Counted from the stretch's first letter, positions 39,606 to 53,498 are shown. The stretch is 64,000 bases of DNA from Pseudomonadota bacterium (GCA_046727735.1 JBKPDF010000007.1:61964-125963), one strand, 5' to 3'. Notes: a model not told the origin generated them from the letters alone. Made by a program: numbers and translations.

Positions 39606-39633
39606 AGGGCGGCCGCGTGGCCGCCCTTTCGGC
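39606..39633 (+). terminator. intrinsic terminator downstream of the beta-propeller gene (potentially bidirectional)
   Basis: GGGCGGCC-GCGT-GGCCGCCC, a perfect 8-bp GC stem. It is flanked by AAAGAAA upstream and TTTC downstream. Confidence 0.6.
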
Positions 39634-39690
39634 AAGCGCGGCGCGGCAAGCACGTCATCGCGCGCACACACCGGATTGCAGGCCACTCCC

Positions 39691-40140
39691 ATGCTCGACA
39701 TCACCGATCGCCGCATCCGCGGCAGCTGTCATTGCGGCAACATCCGATTCACCTTGGCATGGCCCGATTCCGGGCCGACGATCGCGAGCCGCGCGTGCGG
39801 TTGCGGGCTGTGCACGAAGCACGGTGCGGCGTGGACATCGCATCCCGATGGCAGGTTCGATCTGCGGATCGCCGATCCCGCTCGCGTGACGCAATATCGG
39901 TTCGGAACCAAGACCGCAGATTTTCACGTTTGCCTCACCTGCGGCGTGATCCCGATCGTAACGTGCACGATCGAAGGGACGCGATATGCGGTGTTCAACG
40001 TCAACACGTTCGACGACGTGGATCGCTCGCAGCTGGTCGAGTCCGCCGCAGACTTCGAGGGCGAAACGGCGGAGAACCGGCTGGCGCGGCGGCGGCGCAA
40101 CTGGACGCCGGAATCTACCCGCGAGACTGCGAGCTGCTGA
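39691..40140 (+). CDS. GFA (glutathione-dependent formaldehyde-activating enzyme / CENP-V) family protein
   Basis: Zinc-binding Cys pattern GSCHCGNIRF..CGCGLCTKHG..FHVCLTCG. Confidence 0.8.
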   Translation: MLDITDRRIRGSCHCGNIRFTLAWPDSGPTIASRACGCGLCTKHGAAWTSHPDGRFDLRIADPARVTQYRFGTKTADFHVCLTCGVIPIVTCTIEGTRYAVFNVNTFDDVDRSQLVESAADFEGETAENRLARRRRNWTPESTRETASC

Positions 40141-40183
40141 ATCGAGATCCTGATTCAATATCGCGCGGGGCCGCGCGCGCCGA

Positions 40184-41449
40184 TCACATTGCGAACATCG
40201 CCGTCGTGCCGAACGGATCGCGGCGCTCGAACGTGGTCGCCTCGAAATGCAGGCCGAGGTCGCGCGCCCGCTGCCAAGACGCGTGCAGCTCGCGCGTAGT
40301 CGGGCGGCGGGCGATCTCGGAATATTTGTCGCGGTACTTCCGGCTGCCCGGGTCGCAGAAATTGTCGGGGTGGAACTGCGCCATGACGTTGACCGGCGCC
40401 GCGGGCACGTGCTCGGCAATCCATTCGAGCACCGGATAGGTGCAGCATTCGACGTGGTTCGGCATGATCAAATGCCGGATCGTGAAGTCCTCGCCCCATT
40501 GCTTGAGCAGCGCGATGTTGCGCGTCACCGTCTCCCAGTACCACGGGGTCTTGGCGAGCGTCATCGCGCATCGGCCGGGGCCGAATTTGAGGTCGGGCAG
40601 CCACACGTCGCTCAGCACGCGCAGGATTTTCATCGACTCCAAGGTCATGAAGAAATTGCTGTTCCACAGCATCGGCGCATTGAATTCCGCCTCGTCGAAG
40701 TCCGGCGCCTCGCGGAAGAAAAAGAAGCGGTCCGCCTTGGTCCGCCGCGCGGTTGCGAGCTCGGCCGGGCTCGGGCGGAAGCCGCGGCCGATGAGCGCAA
40801 TCGCGTCGACGATCGCATGCAGATGAATGACGACTTCCCCGCCGACCCAGTTGATGTTGTGGCAGCCCTCGCGGCGCAGCTGCCAGGCCATCGCGGCGAG
40901 CGTGCGGGCATCGACCTCCTCGCCGTTGTCCTTGTCGGTGCTGATGTCGCCGTTCTGGCAGAACGCGCAGCGCATATTGCAGGAGGTGAAGAAAATCGTG
41001 CCGGAGCCGGCGGTGCCGCGATAGAACAGCTCCTCGCCGGTGTGATGGAAATGCGTGCTCACCCGCGCGCCGGAGGCGAGCTTGCAGGCGCCGAGCTTCG
41101 TCCCCGCGCGGCGGTCGACCCGGCAATCCCACGGGCAGAAATTGCAATGGGCGAGCATGCGATAGGCGAGTTCGCGGCAGAGCTCGAGCAGGCTCGGACC
41201 CTCCGCAGGCGGGGGCAAATACGCCCCCGCGCGGATCGCCTGCCACAGCGCGAGAAATTCGGGGGTCCGCGCGTCGAGCTCGGCCCACAGCGCCTCCTCG
41301 CTCGCGCTCGCGGGATCGAGCCCAACCGGCACCGCGGCCGCAATGCGGAATTTCGCCGGCCGACGGTTCTCGGCGACGTCGAGATACCAGGCAAGCGCGG
41401 CGCGGATCGTCGCATCGTCCCAGATGCGCAGGCGCTCCAACTGTCCCAT
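40184..41449 (-). CDS. radical SAM protein, PflX-like (COG1313) putative activase
   Basis: CX3CX2C motif in FFTSCNMRCAFCQNGDIS. An upstream auxiliary Cys cluster (HCNFCPWDCRVDRRAGTKLGAC) is typical of PflX-type proteins. A good GGAGGAG Shine-Dalgarno precedes the ATG at 41449. Confidence 0.8.
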   Translation of the reverse strand: MGQLERLRIWDDATIRAALAWYLDVAENRRPAKFRIAAAVPVGLDPASASEEALWAELDARTPEFLALWQAIRAGAYLPPPAEGPSLLELCRELAYRMLAHCNFCPWDCRVDRRAGTKLGACKLASGARVSTHFHHTGEELFYRGTAGSGTIFFTSCNMRCAFCQNGDISTDKDNGEEVDARTLAAMAWQLRREGCHNINWVGGEVVIHLHAIVDAIALIGRGFRPSPAELATARRTKADRFFFFREAPDFDEAEFNAPMLWNSNFFMTLESMKILRVLSDVWLPDLKFGPGRCAMTLAKTPWYWETVTRNIALLKQWGEDFTIRHLIMPNHVECCTYPVLEWIAEHVPAAPVNVMAQFHPDNFCDPGSRKYRDKYSEIARRPTTRELHASWQRARDLGLHFEATTFERRDPFGTTAMFAM

Positions 41450-41557
41450 GGCGCTCCTCCGTCTTGATTATATGTCGAGCCGGCGGCCGAGACGATGGCG
41501 GATCGGCGGCCTACACTCGCCTCGACCGACGGCGCGCGATCCTCGGGAAGGCCGGCC

Positions 41558-42616
41558 ATGAAAATCGAAACGCTGCTGCCGCTCGGCAAGGTAGATCCGG
41601 GCCTGCGTGCGGCCGAGACCCCGCTCGACATTGCACAGGTCGGCGCGGACGCGCGGCTCGTCGAGCAGATGGGTTACGACGGATTGGTGACGGAGGAGAC
41701 GAAGGACGACCCCTATGTGGTGATGGCGCTCGCCGCGCAAGCGACGAAGCGGCTCAAACTTGCGACCGGCGTCGCCATGGCGTTTCCGCGCAGCCCGACC
41801 ATCACGGCGATGAGCGCCTGGTCCCTGCAAAAACTCTCGAAGGGCCGCTTCGTCCTCGGGCTGGGATCGCAGGTCAAAGGCCACATCCAGCGCCGGTTCG
41901 GCATGACTTGGTCGCCGCCGGGCCCCTGGATGCGCGAATACGTGCGCGCCGTACGCGCGGTCTGGGCCACGTGGCAGACCGGCGCGCCGCTCGACATCAA
42001 GGGCGAGCATTACAACATCAACCTGATGGTGCCGCTGTTCGCGCCGGCTCCGCTCGAGCATCCGGACATCCCGATCCATCTCGCCGCGGTCAATCCCTAC
42101 ATGTGCCAGGTGGCGGGCGAGGTCGCCGACGGCATCCGGCCGCATCCGGTGTGCACGCCGCAATATATCGAGGAGGTGATGCTGCCGGCGGTCCGCAAGG
42201 GGGCCGCGAACACATCCCGCCGGCTCGACGGCTTTGCGGTCGCGATCAAGCCGCTGGTTGCGACCGCGCCCGATGAAGACGCGCTTGCACCCGCGATCCG
42301 CAACGTGCGCGCGCGGGTCGCCTTCTACGCCTCGACGCCGGCTTACGCGGCGGCGTTCGAAGCGCACGGGTTCGGCGAGCTCGCAAAGACTCTCGCCGAC
42401 TACTCCCGGGCGCAGCGCTGGGAGGAGATGCCCGCGTTCATCACCGACGAGATTTTGCACACCTACGCCACGGTCGGGACCTGGGACGAGATCGCCGACA
42501 AGCTCCTGGCGCGGTACGGGCATGTTGCGACCCACGCGGAGTTCTCGACCCCGGTCGGTTCCGCGTCCGACCAGGCGCGGCTGATGCGGATGGTCGATCG
42601 GCTTCACGCCGGGTGA
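41558..42616 (+). CDS. luciferase-like monooxygenase (LLM) class oxidoreductase, TIGR03617 / F420-dependent-like subgroup
   Basis: MKIETLLPLG..., GYDGLVTEETKDDPY and GRFVLGLGSQVKGHIQRRFGM resemble the MSMEG_2256-type LLM family. The assignment is from recall, not a search. Confidence 0.7.
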   Translation: MKIETLLPLGKVDPGLRAAETPLDIAQVGADARLVEQMGYDGLVTEETKDDPYVVMALAAQATKRLKLATGVAMAFPRSPTITAMSAWSLQKLSKGRFVLGLGSQVKGHIQRRFGMTWSPPGPWMREYVRAVRAVWATWQTGAPLDIKGEHYNINLMVPLFAPAPLEHPDIPIHLAAVNPYMCQVAGEVADGIRPHPVCTPQYIEEVMLPAVRKGAANTSRRLDGFAVAIKPLVATAPDEDALAPAIRNVRARVAFYASTPAYAAAFEAHGFGELAKTLADYSRAQRWEEMPAFITDEILHTYATVGTWDEIADKLLARYGHVATHAEFSTPVGSASDQARLMRMVDRLHAG

Positions 42617-42677
42617 CGCGTTGCAGCACTGGGGACTGCTGATGGACCCGAGTGTAACGCCGAACTAATATCAACTC

Positions 42678-42765
42678 GTCACGCGCGGGCTCGACCCGCG
42701 CATCCATGCGACTTCGCCGGGTCGCTGCAGCGTCGCATCGATTGCCGGTCAAGCCCGGCAATGAC
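42678..42765. repeat. REP-like palindromic intergenic element (same family)
   Basis: GTCACGCGCGGGCTCGACCCGCGCATCCATGCGAC pairs with GTCGCATCGATTGCCGGTCAAGCCCGGCAATGAC. It lies between the convergent LLM and pnp genes. Confidence 0.7.
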
Positions 42766-42770
42766 GAGAC

Positions 42771-44942
<2,172 letters not shown>

Positions 44943-45136
44943 CTTTCTCTCTCATGGTTTGCGGAAGCCGCGAAAGCCATGAGCAAGACGGCGGGAGGCT
45001 GCCGCGCGCGAGTACGACAGCATCCGGCGATCCTGCCATGGCCTTCGATCTCCCCTCTGACTGCCGGGCCTCGCCCGGCTCTTTCGGCAGCCTCGCTGCC
45101 GCCTTACTTGCGGCGGCCTTCGCCGTCCGCGGTGAA

Positions 45137-45158
45137 CGCGCGCGAACCCTCGCGCGCG
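45137..45158 (-). terminator. GC hairpin immediately after rpsO (terminator/processing hairpin before the pnp leader)
   Basis: On the minus strand, CGCGCGCGA-GGGU-UCGCGCGCG forms a 9-bp stem starting 5 nt after the rpsO stop. Only UU follows, so it is a weak or partial terminator. Confidence 0.4.
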
Positions 45159-45162
45159 AATT

Positions 45163-45432
45163 TCAGCGACGAATCCCGAGCCGCTCGATCAGCGTCTTGT
45201 AACGGCCCTCGTCGGTACGCCGCAGATAGTCGAGCAACTGCCGGCGCTGCGAGACGAGCTTGAGCAGGCCGCGCCGGGAATGGTTGTCCTTGACGTGGGT
45301 CTTGAAATGCTCGGTCAGGCTCGTGATGCGCTCCGAGAGGATCGCCACCTGCACCTCCGGCGAACCGGTGTCGCCGGATTTCGTCGCGTAATTCTTGATG
45401 ATTTCCGCCTTGCGGCCGGGGTCGAGCGACAT
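45163..45432 (-). CDS. rpsO: 30S ribosomal protein S15
   Basis: 89 aa, [30 protein letters not shown]. Confidence 0.97.
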   Translation of the reverse strand: MSLDPGRKAEIIKNYATKSGDTGSPEVQVAILSERITSLTEHFKTHVKDNHSRRGLLKLVSQRRQLLDYLRRTDEGRYKTLIERLGIRR

Positions 45433-45436
45433 CGGG

Positions 45437-46432
45437 TCAGCCTTTTCTGGCGCCGGCGCTGCTGGTCAGGCCGGCGAGGTTGAACACGCGCTTGGGGACG
45501 ATTTCGCCGCGGTCGACTTCGGCAAGGGCGATCAGCCTTCCTGCCGTGGTGACGTAGACCGTGCCGCGCAAAATCGGAGCGTCCCGTCCGCGCAACAGAA
45601 CGGCCTGGCCCCGTTGGAGCCTGGCCGCATCGGCCCGGTTGACGGCCAGCGCCGGGATGTCGTCCAGCGCGGTCTCTACGGGCTCGAGCGCGTCGGCGAG
45701 GCTCGCCTCGCCGGCGGCGGCTCTATGCCACAAAGCCTCCAGCCCATCCAGCGAAATCATGGCGCCCTCGCCGAACGGCCCGACCGCGGTGCGGCGCAGC
45801 TCCGAAACGTGCCCGAGGCAGCCGAGCGCGCGGCCCATGTCGCGCGCGAGCGCGCGCACATAGGCGCCCTTGCCGCAATCGGCCTCGAACACCGCGCGAT
45901 CGGCGTCGGTCGTCGCGACGAGGTCGAGCCGGTGGATCGTGACCGGACGCGCGGCGAGCTCGACCGCTTCGCCGTCGCGGGCGAGGTCGTAGGCGCGCTC
46001 GCCTTCGATCTTCACGGCCGAGAACCGCGGCGGCACCTGATCGATGGTGCCGAGGAAGCGCGGCAGCAGCGCAGAAATCGCCGCCGCGTCGGGGCGGTGC
46101 GCGCTGGTCTCGACCACCGTGCCCTCGGCGTCGTCGGTGTCGCGCGCCTCGCCCCAGCGCACCGTGAACCGATAGGATTTTTTTCCGTCCATCACGAACG
46201 GCACGGTCTTGGTGGCTTCGCCGAGCGCGATCGGCAGACATCCCGACGCCAACGGGTCGAGCGTGCCGGCATGGCCCGCGCGCTTGGCGCGGAACAGCCG
46301 TTTCACCACGGAGACCGCGAATGTCGAGGTCATGCCGACCGGCTTGTCGATGATGACCCAACCGTGGACGTCCTGCCTATCGCGCTTGCGCGGCGCCGTG
46401 TCGGCGCCGACCGCATCAATGCTCGCCATCAT
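45437..46432 (-). CDS. truB: tRNA pseudouridine(55) synthase
   Basis: [14 protein letters not shown] and catalytic Asp motif [12 protein letters not shown]. The start overlaps the rbfA 3' end by 17 nt, so a slightly later start is possible. Confidence 0.9.
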   Translation of the reverse strand: MMASIDAVGADTAPRKRDRQDVHGWVIIDKPVGMTSTFAVSVVKRLFRAKRAGHAGTLDPLASGCLPIALGEATKTVPFVMDGKKSYRFTVRWGEARDTDDAEGTVVETSAHRPDAAAISALLPRFLGTIDQVPPRFSAVKIEGERAYDLARDGEAVELAARPVTIHRLDLVATTDADRAVFEADCGKGAYVRALARDMGRALGCLGHVSELRRTAVGPFGEGAMISLDGLEALWHRAAAGEASLADALEPVETALDDIPALAVNRADAARLQRGQAVLLRGRDAPILRGTVYVTTAGRLIALAEVDRGEIVPKRVFNLAGLTSSAGARKG

Positions 46433-46835
46433 CGGAGCCTCCGGCGAGATCGCGCTTGACCGCGGGCGAGCGCAGCAGCTTTTCGATCCGCTCAGCCTCC
46501 CCGAACCGCTCGTCGATGCGGAAGCGGATATCGGGCGCGAATTTCAAGTTCACCTTCCGGGCGATGACGCCGCGCAGGTAGCGCTTGTTGCGGTCGAGCG
46601 CGGCGAGCACCTGCGTCTCGTCGCGCCCGCCGAGCGGCATCACGTAGATCGTCGCGAGCCGCAGATCGGGGCTCATGCGCACTTCCGGGACCGTGATCAG
46701 ATGCGTCTCGATCACCTCGTCGTGCACGTCGCCATGCGCCAACAGCTCGGCGAGCGCATGGCGCACCGCCTCGCCGACGCGCAACTGGCGCTGCGAGGGG
46801 CCGCTTTCAGGCGCGCGATGCGGGGCGCGAGACAT
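46416..46835 (-). CDS. rbfA: ribosome-binding factor A
   Basis: [19 protein letters not shown]...[19 protein letters not shown]. The ATG at 46835 was chosen over the upstream in-frame ATG at 46907. Confidence 0.9.
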   Translation of the reverse strand: MSRAPHRAPESGPSQRQLRVGEAVRHALAELLAHGDVHDEVIETHLITVPEVRMSPDLRLATIYVMPLGGRDETQVLAALDRNKRYLRGVIARKVNLKFAPDIRFRIDERFGEAERIEKLLRSPAVKRDLAGGSDDGEH

Positions 46836-46944
46836 CTTCGGCAAATCCTCGTCTCGTTCCGGCGCACGGTTCAGCCGCCGAACGTCCGTCCGATGCTGTC
46901 GGTCCAATTTTCCCGAGGGCGAGCGCAGGTCGAAGTTTCGGACT

Positions 46945-49524
<2,580 letters not shown>

Positions 49525-49647
49525 TCACATTCCAGTCCTGAGCGAATGCCTGGACCACCTCGTCCAGTCAGTCCGCACCGATGAATTCCTACTCGACTGC
49601 CATTTCGGCAGCTCAGGTCTGCGTACCCGCCTTGGCGCCCGTGCCGA

Positions 49648-50310
49648 TCACGGGGCGCCACGTCGACCCTCCGGAACGCCAGCCCGGAAGCGTTCGAGGC
49701 TGCGGCAGCGTTGAAGAAAGCTGTCGCTGGCCCGGTCCGCGAGCAGGGCAGCATGTATCACATTTGCCCTGCCCAGTGCCAAATCCAATTGCGCCGAGCC
49801 AAATAGCGCGATCAGCGGAATGCGCTCCGCTCGCGCTCCCGCCCCGCGCCGTGCCGCCGCCGCGATTTTCGCCGTCCCGTCCCGGCCGGCCTCGGCCGCA
49901 TGGACGAGGGCGACGACCTCCTGGCGCTGCAGCGCCGTCTCGACTTGGCCGAAGCCGACGGCCACCGCTCCGGATTTGTGCGCCATTGACAGCGCGTCCA
50001 GGGCCGAACGCGCCAGCAAGGCCTCGATCCGGTCGGGCAGGTCGGGATCGACCCGCACTTCGCGCTTGAACGCCCGCGCAAAAACCTTGCGGCGCATTGC
50101 CTCGATCAACGCCGCCCTCGTATCCATGACCCAGGCGCCGCGGCCCGGCAGCTTGCGCTTGAGGTCGGGCACTACCTCACCGTCCGGGCCGACGACGAAG
50201 CGGATCAGCTCCGTGACCGGCCTGACGGTCCGGGTCGCGACACAAAGTCGCTCCGTCGCCGCGGCAAGCTTGCGCGGTCCGAGATCCGCCGCCTCAATCC
50301 GAGTCACCAT
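49648..50310 (-). CDS. YlxR/DUF448 RNA-binding protein with an L7Ae-like C-terminal extension
   Basis: ERLCVATRTVRPVTELIRFVV..LPGRGAWV (DUF448). It sits between nusA and infB, as in most bacteria. ATG at 50310. Confidence 0.85.
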   Translation of the reverse strand: MVTRIEAADLGPRKLAAATERLCVATRTVRPVTELIRFVVGPDGEVVPDLKRKLPGRGAWVMDTRAALIEAMRRKVFARAFKREVRVDPDLPDRIEALLARSALDALSMAHKSGAVAVGFGQVETALQRQEVVALVHAAEAGRDGTAKIAAAARRGAGARAERIPLIALFGSAQLDLALGRANVIHAALLADRASDSFLQRCRSLERFRAGVPEGRRGAP

Positions 50311-50321
50311 GAAGGCCGGGA

Positions 50322-51923
50322 TTATCCCTGCGCCTCCGTGGTTTCTGCAGGGGCCTCGACGGGAGGCGCGAGATCCGCCGCATCGATCCACCCGGCCTTC
50401 ACGCGGGCCTGCATGATGATCGCCTCGGCGTCTTCGCGGGTGACATCGAAGCCGTCGAGAATGCCGGGATGGCGAACCGTCTCGCCCTCCTTGCGCTCGC
50501 TCCAGCCCGAGAGCTCATCGGTCGCATAGCCGGCGAGGTCCTCCACCGTCTTGATGCCGTTCTCGCCGAACGCGACCAGCATGCGCGTGGTGACGCCGGG
50601 GACTTCCTTCAGCGCGTCCTCGACGCCGAACTCGCGCCGCTTGGCGTCGAATTCCGCCTCGATGCGGGCGAGATAGTCGCGGGCACGGGTCTGCAGCTCG
50701 CGCGCGGTGTCTTCGTCGAAGCCCTCGATCGACGCGATCTCCTTCTCCTCCACATAGGCGAGCTCCTCGACCGACGTGAAGCCTTCGGACGCGAGCAGCT
50801 GGCCGACGACCTCGTCGACGTTGAGCGAATCCATGAACATGCGGGTGCGGTTTTCGAACTCGGCCTGGCGACGCTCCGATTCCTCCTGCTCGGTGAGAAT
50901 GTCGATGTCCCAGCCGGTGAGCTGCGATGCGAGGCGCACGTTCTGGCCGCGCCGTCCGATCGCGAGCGAGAGCTGCTGGTCCGGGACCACGACCTCGATG
51001 CGCTCGCGCTCTTCGTCGAGCACAACCTTGGCGACTTCAGCCGGCGCCAGCGCGTTCACCACGAAGGTCGCGGTGTCCGGCGACCACGGAATGATGTCGA
51101 TTTTCTCGCCCTGCAGCTCGTTGACGACCGCCTGCACGCGCGAGCCGCGCATGCCGACGCAGGCGCCGACCGGATCGACCGAGGAATCCCGGGAGATCAC
51201 CGCGATCTTCGCGCGCGAGCCGGGGTCGCGCGCCACCGCCTTCACCTCGACGATGCCGTCGTAGATTTCCGGGACTTCTTGCGCGAACAGCTTCGCCATG
51301 AATTGCGGGTGGGTGCGGGACAGAAAGATCTGCGGCCCGCGCGCCTCGCGCCGCACGTCGTAAATGTAGGCGCGGATGCGGTCGCCGTTGCGGAACACTT
51401 CGCGCGGCAGCAGCTCGTCGCGGCGCACGATGGCTTCGCCGCGGCCGAGATCGACGACGACATTGCCGTACTCGACCCGCTTGACGATGCCGTTGACGAT
51501 GTCGCTGATGCGATCCTTGTATTCCTGGTACTGCCGGTCGCGCTCGGCCTCGCGGACCTTCTGCACGATGACCTGCTTGGCCGATTGCGCGGCGATGCGC
51601 CCGTATTCGAGCGGCGGCAGCGCGTCCGCGATGGTGTCGCCGAGCTGCGCCGCAGGATTGTGCCGGCGGGCGTCTTCGAGGCTGATCTGGTTCGCCGGGT
51701 TCTCGACGTTGTCGACGACGAGCAGATGCCGCGAAAGCCGCAGCTCGCCCGTCTTCGCATTGATGTCGGCGTGCACGTCGGTCTCGCTGCCGTAGCGCGA
51801 GCGTGCCGCCTTGGCGATCGCGTCCTCCATGGCGGTGATGACGATGCCGCGGTCGATCGCCTTCTCGCGAGCCACCGCGTCGGCGATCTGCAGCAGCTCC
51901 AGCCGGTTGGCGCTGACAACCAT
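50322..51923 (-). CDS. nusA: transcription termination/antitermination factor NusA
   Basis: NRLELLQIADAVAREKAI, an S1 and two KH domains (GACVGMRGSRVQAV; AIGRRGQNVRLASQLTG), and C-terminal acidic repeats. Confidence 0.97.
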   Translation of the reverse strand: MVVSANRLELLQIADAVAREKAIDRGIVITAMEDAIAKAARSRYGSETDVHADINAKTGELRLSRHLLVVDNVENPANQISLEDARRHNPAAQLGDTIADALPPLEYGRIAAQSAKQVIVQKVREAERDRQYQEYKDRISDIVNGIVKRVEYGNVVVDLGRGEAIVRRDELLPREVFRNGDRIRAYIYDVRREARGPQIFLSRTHPQFMAKLFAQEVPEIYDGIVEVKAVARDPGSRAKIAVISRDSSVDPVGACVGMRGSRVQAVVNELQGEKIDIIPWSPDTATFVVNALAPAEVAKVVLDEERERIEVVVPDQQLSLAIGRRGQNVRLASQLTGWDIDILTEQEESERRQAEFENRTRMFMDSLNVDEVVGQLLASEGFTSVEELAYVEEKEIASIEGFDEDTARELQTRARDYLARIEAEFDAKRREFGVEDALKEVPGVTTRMLVAFGENGIKTVEDLAGYATDELSGWSERKEGETVRHPGILDGFDVTREDAEAIIMQARVKAGWIDAADLAPPVEAPAETTEAQG

Positions 51924-51958
51924 CGTTCATTCTCCTTCCTGCTGGGCGACGGGGCGGC

Positions 51959-52600
51959 TCATGCCGACCCGCGCCGAAATTGGTTCGGTTCCCGATCGCC
52001 GGAAGAATCCGGCGCATTCGCGTCTCCCGTTGCGCGCTCCGCGGCCTTAGCCCGTTTCAGGGATTCGGCGACGAGCGCATCCGTGAGCACCAGCCGCGCT
52101 TCGGCCATGTCGCCGATCGGCAGCAGGACTTCGGCCATTTCGCCCTCTTTGACATCGTCGCGCCGGATCTTCGCGGCTTCCCCTTCGGTCCCGATCAGCA
52201 CGCCGCGAAAGCGGCGCCGGCCGTCGCACGCAACCGCCATCTCGACCTTGACGACGTGTCCGGCGAAGCGCTCGAAGTCCGATCGACGCACCAGCGGCCG
52301 GTCGATGCCGGGCGAGGATATCTCCAGTCGGTACGCGCGATCGATCAGATCCTCCGCATCGAGCACCGGCGAAAGCGCCCGCGAGGCGGTTTCGCAATCC
52401 TCGATCGACATGGTTGCGTCCGGCCTCTCGGCCATGATCTGCACGGTCATGCCGGACATCCCCGAAATGCGCACACGAACCAGGCGAAAGCCGAGGCCGT
52501 CGAGCACTGGCTCGGCAATGGCGGCGACCCGCGCCGCAAGTCCGGTCTCGGCGACCAGACGCGGTTCGGATTGGGCATACGCACTCGCCGTCCCGGTCAT
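51959..52600 (-). CDS. rimP: ribosome maturation factor RimP
   Basis: [18 protein letters not shown]...[17 protein letters not shown] at 52600. Confidence 0.9.
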   Translation of the reverse strand: MTGTASAYAQSEPRLVAETGLAARVAAIAEPVLDGLGFRLVRVRISGMSGMTVQIMAERPDATMSIEDCETASRALSPVLDAEDLIDRAYRLEISSPGIDRPLVRRSDFERFAGHVVKVEMAVACDGRRRFRGVLIGTEGEAAKIRRDDVKEGEMAEVLLPIGDMAEARLVLTDALVAESLKRAKAAERATGDANAPDSSGDREPNQFRRGSA

Positions 52601-52626
52601 GCGGTTCGACGCCCGAATTCGGTAAC

Positions 52627-52658
52627 AAAAAAGAGCGGGTCCCGGGGGGCCCACTCTC
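52627..52658 (-). terminator. strong intrinsic terminator in the rimP-nusA-infB leader
   Basis: Minus-strand RNA GAGAGUGGGCCC-CCC-GGGACCCGCUC forms a stem of about 10 bp with one bulge. It is followed by UUUUUU (52632-52627) and ends 26 nt before the rimP ATG. Confidence 0.65.
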
Positions 52659-52708
52659 GATAGCCGTTCGGATACCGAACGTTATGAGATGTCCATACAG
52701 ACGACGCC

Positions 52709-52737
52709 TATATAGCGATTTCTCCGGCCAATGCAAG
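52709..52737 (-). promoter_or_regulatory. sigma70-type promoter candidate CTTGCA-N17-TATATA upstream of rimP
   Basis: On the minus strand, CTTGCA is at 52737-52732, followed by exactly 17 nt and TATATA at 52714-52709. It lies in an unusually AT-rich spacer between trmB and rimP. Confidence 0.5.
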
Positions 52738-52759
52738 CGGCAAGGATCGCCTTCATCGA

Positions 52760-53455
52760 CTATTTGCGCCGGAACACCAGATAGGTCGGGCGGTCGCCCC
52801 GCATCGCGGCTTTGCGGTGATAGCGCGTGTCCGTGAAATCCGGCCAAGGTTTACGCCAGTCCTCCGCGCGCTCCGCGGTCCAAACAAAATCGGCAGAGCG
52901 CAGGAAGCGCAGCAGCGCCCAGGCGACATAATCCGCGCTGTCGCTGGCAAAGCGGAACACGCCTCCGCTGCGCAGCACGCGGGTGAAAACCGCGATCGTC
53001 TCATCCTGGATCAGTCGCCGTTTCCAGTGCCGCCGCTTGGGCCAGGGGTCGGGGTAAAGTAGATCGATCCCGGCAAGTGCGCCGGCAGGCAGCCAGGAGA
53101 GCACCGGCATCGCGTCGCCGAGATGCAGCCGAACGTTGCGCAAATCTTGGGCCTCGATAGCGGCAAGCGCCTTGGCCATGCCGTTCACGAACGGTTCGCA
53201 CCCGAGAAATCCGGTCTGCGAATTGCGTGCGGCCTCGGCGACGAGATGCTCGCCGCCGCCGAACCCGATCTCGAGCCGGACCTCGGCCACCGCCGGCCGG
53301 AACAAGGCGGTGAGCGGCTCGGCTCGCGCGCCCAGATCGAGCGCCAGGCGCGGCAGCAAAGTGTCGATGAGAGCGGCCTGACGCGGCCGCAGGCGGTGAC
53401 CCTTGCGGCGGCCGAAAAAGCGCCGCTCAGGCGAATCCGGAATTTCACCCGCCAT
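52760..53455 (-). CDS. trmB: tRNA (guanine46-N7)-methyltransferase
   Basis: LEIGFGGGEHL SAM motif, LLYPDPWPKRRHWKRR and RYHRKA. The ATG at 53455 lies downstream of the metK stop. Confidence 0.9.
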   Translation of the reverse strand: MAGEIPDSPERRFFGRRKGHRLRPRQAALIDTLLPRLALDLGARAEPLTALFRPAVAEVRLEIGFGGGEHLVAEAARNSQTGFLGCEPFVNGMAKALAAIEAQDLRNVRLHLGDAMPVLSWLPAGALAGIDLLYPDPWPKRRHWKRRLIQDETIAVFTRVLRSGGVFRFASDSADYVAWALLRFLRSADFVWTAERAEDWRKPWPDFTDTRYHRKAAMRGDRPTYLVFRRK

Positions 53456-53498
53456 CGCCGCTTCGTCGGCACGGCGTCCGCGAGCTCGGTCCTTGGAG

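Noticed and set aside
40184-41449. The idea that the radical SAM gene is a CofG/CofH (FbiC-type) F420 chromophore synthase, matching the neighbouring F420-type LLM.
   Set aside because: The cluster motif and the N-terminal auxiliary Cys motif are PflX/PflA-activase-like (FFTSCNMRCAFCQN), not CofG/CofH-like. No other cof/fbi genes are nearby.
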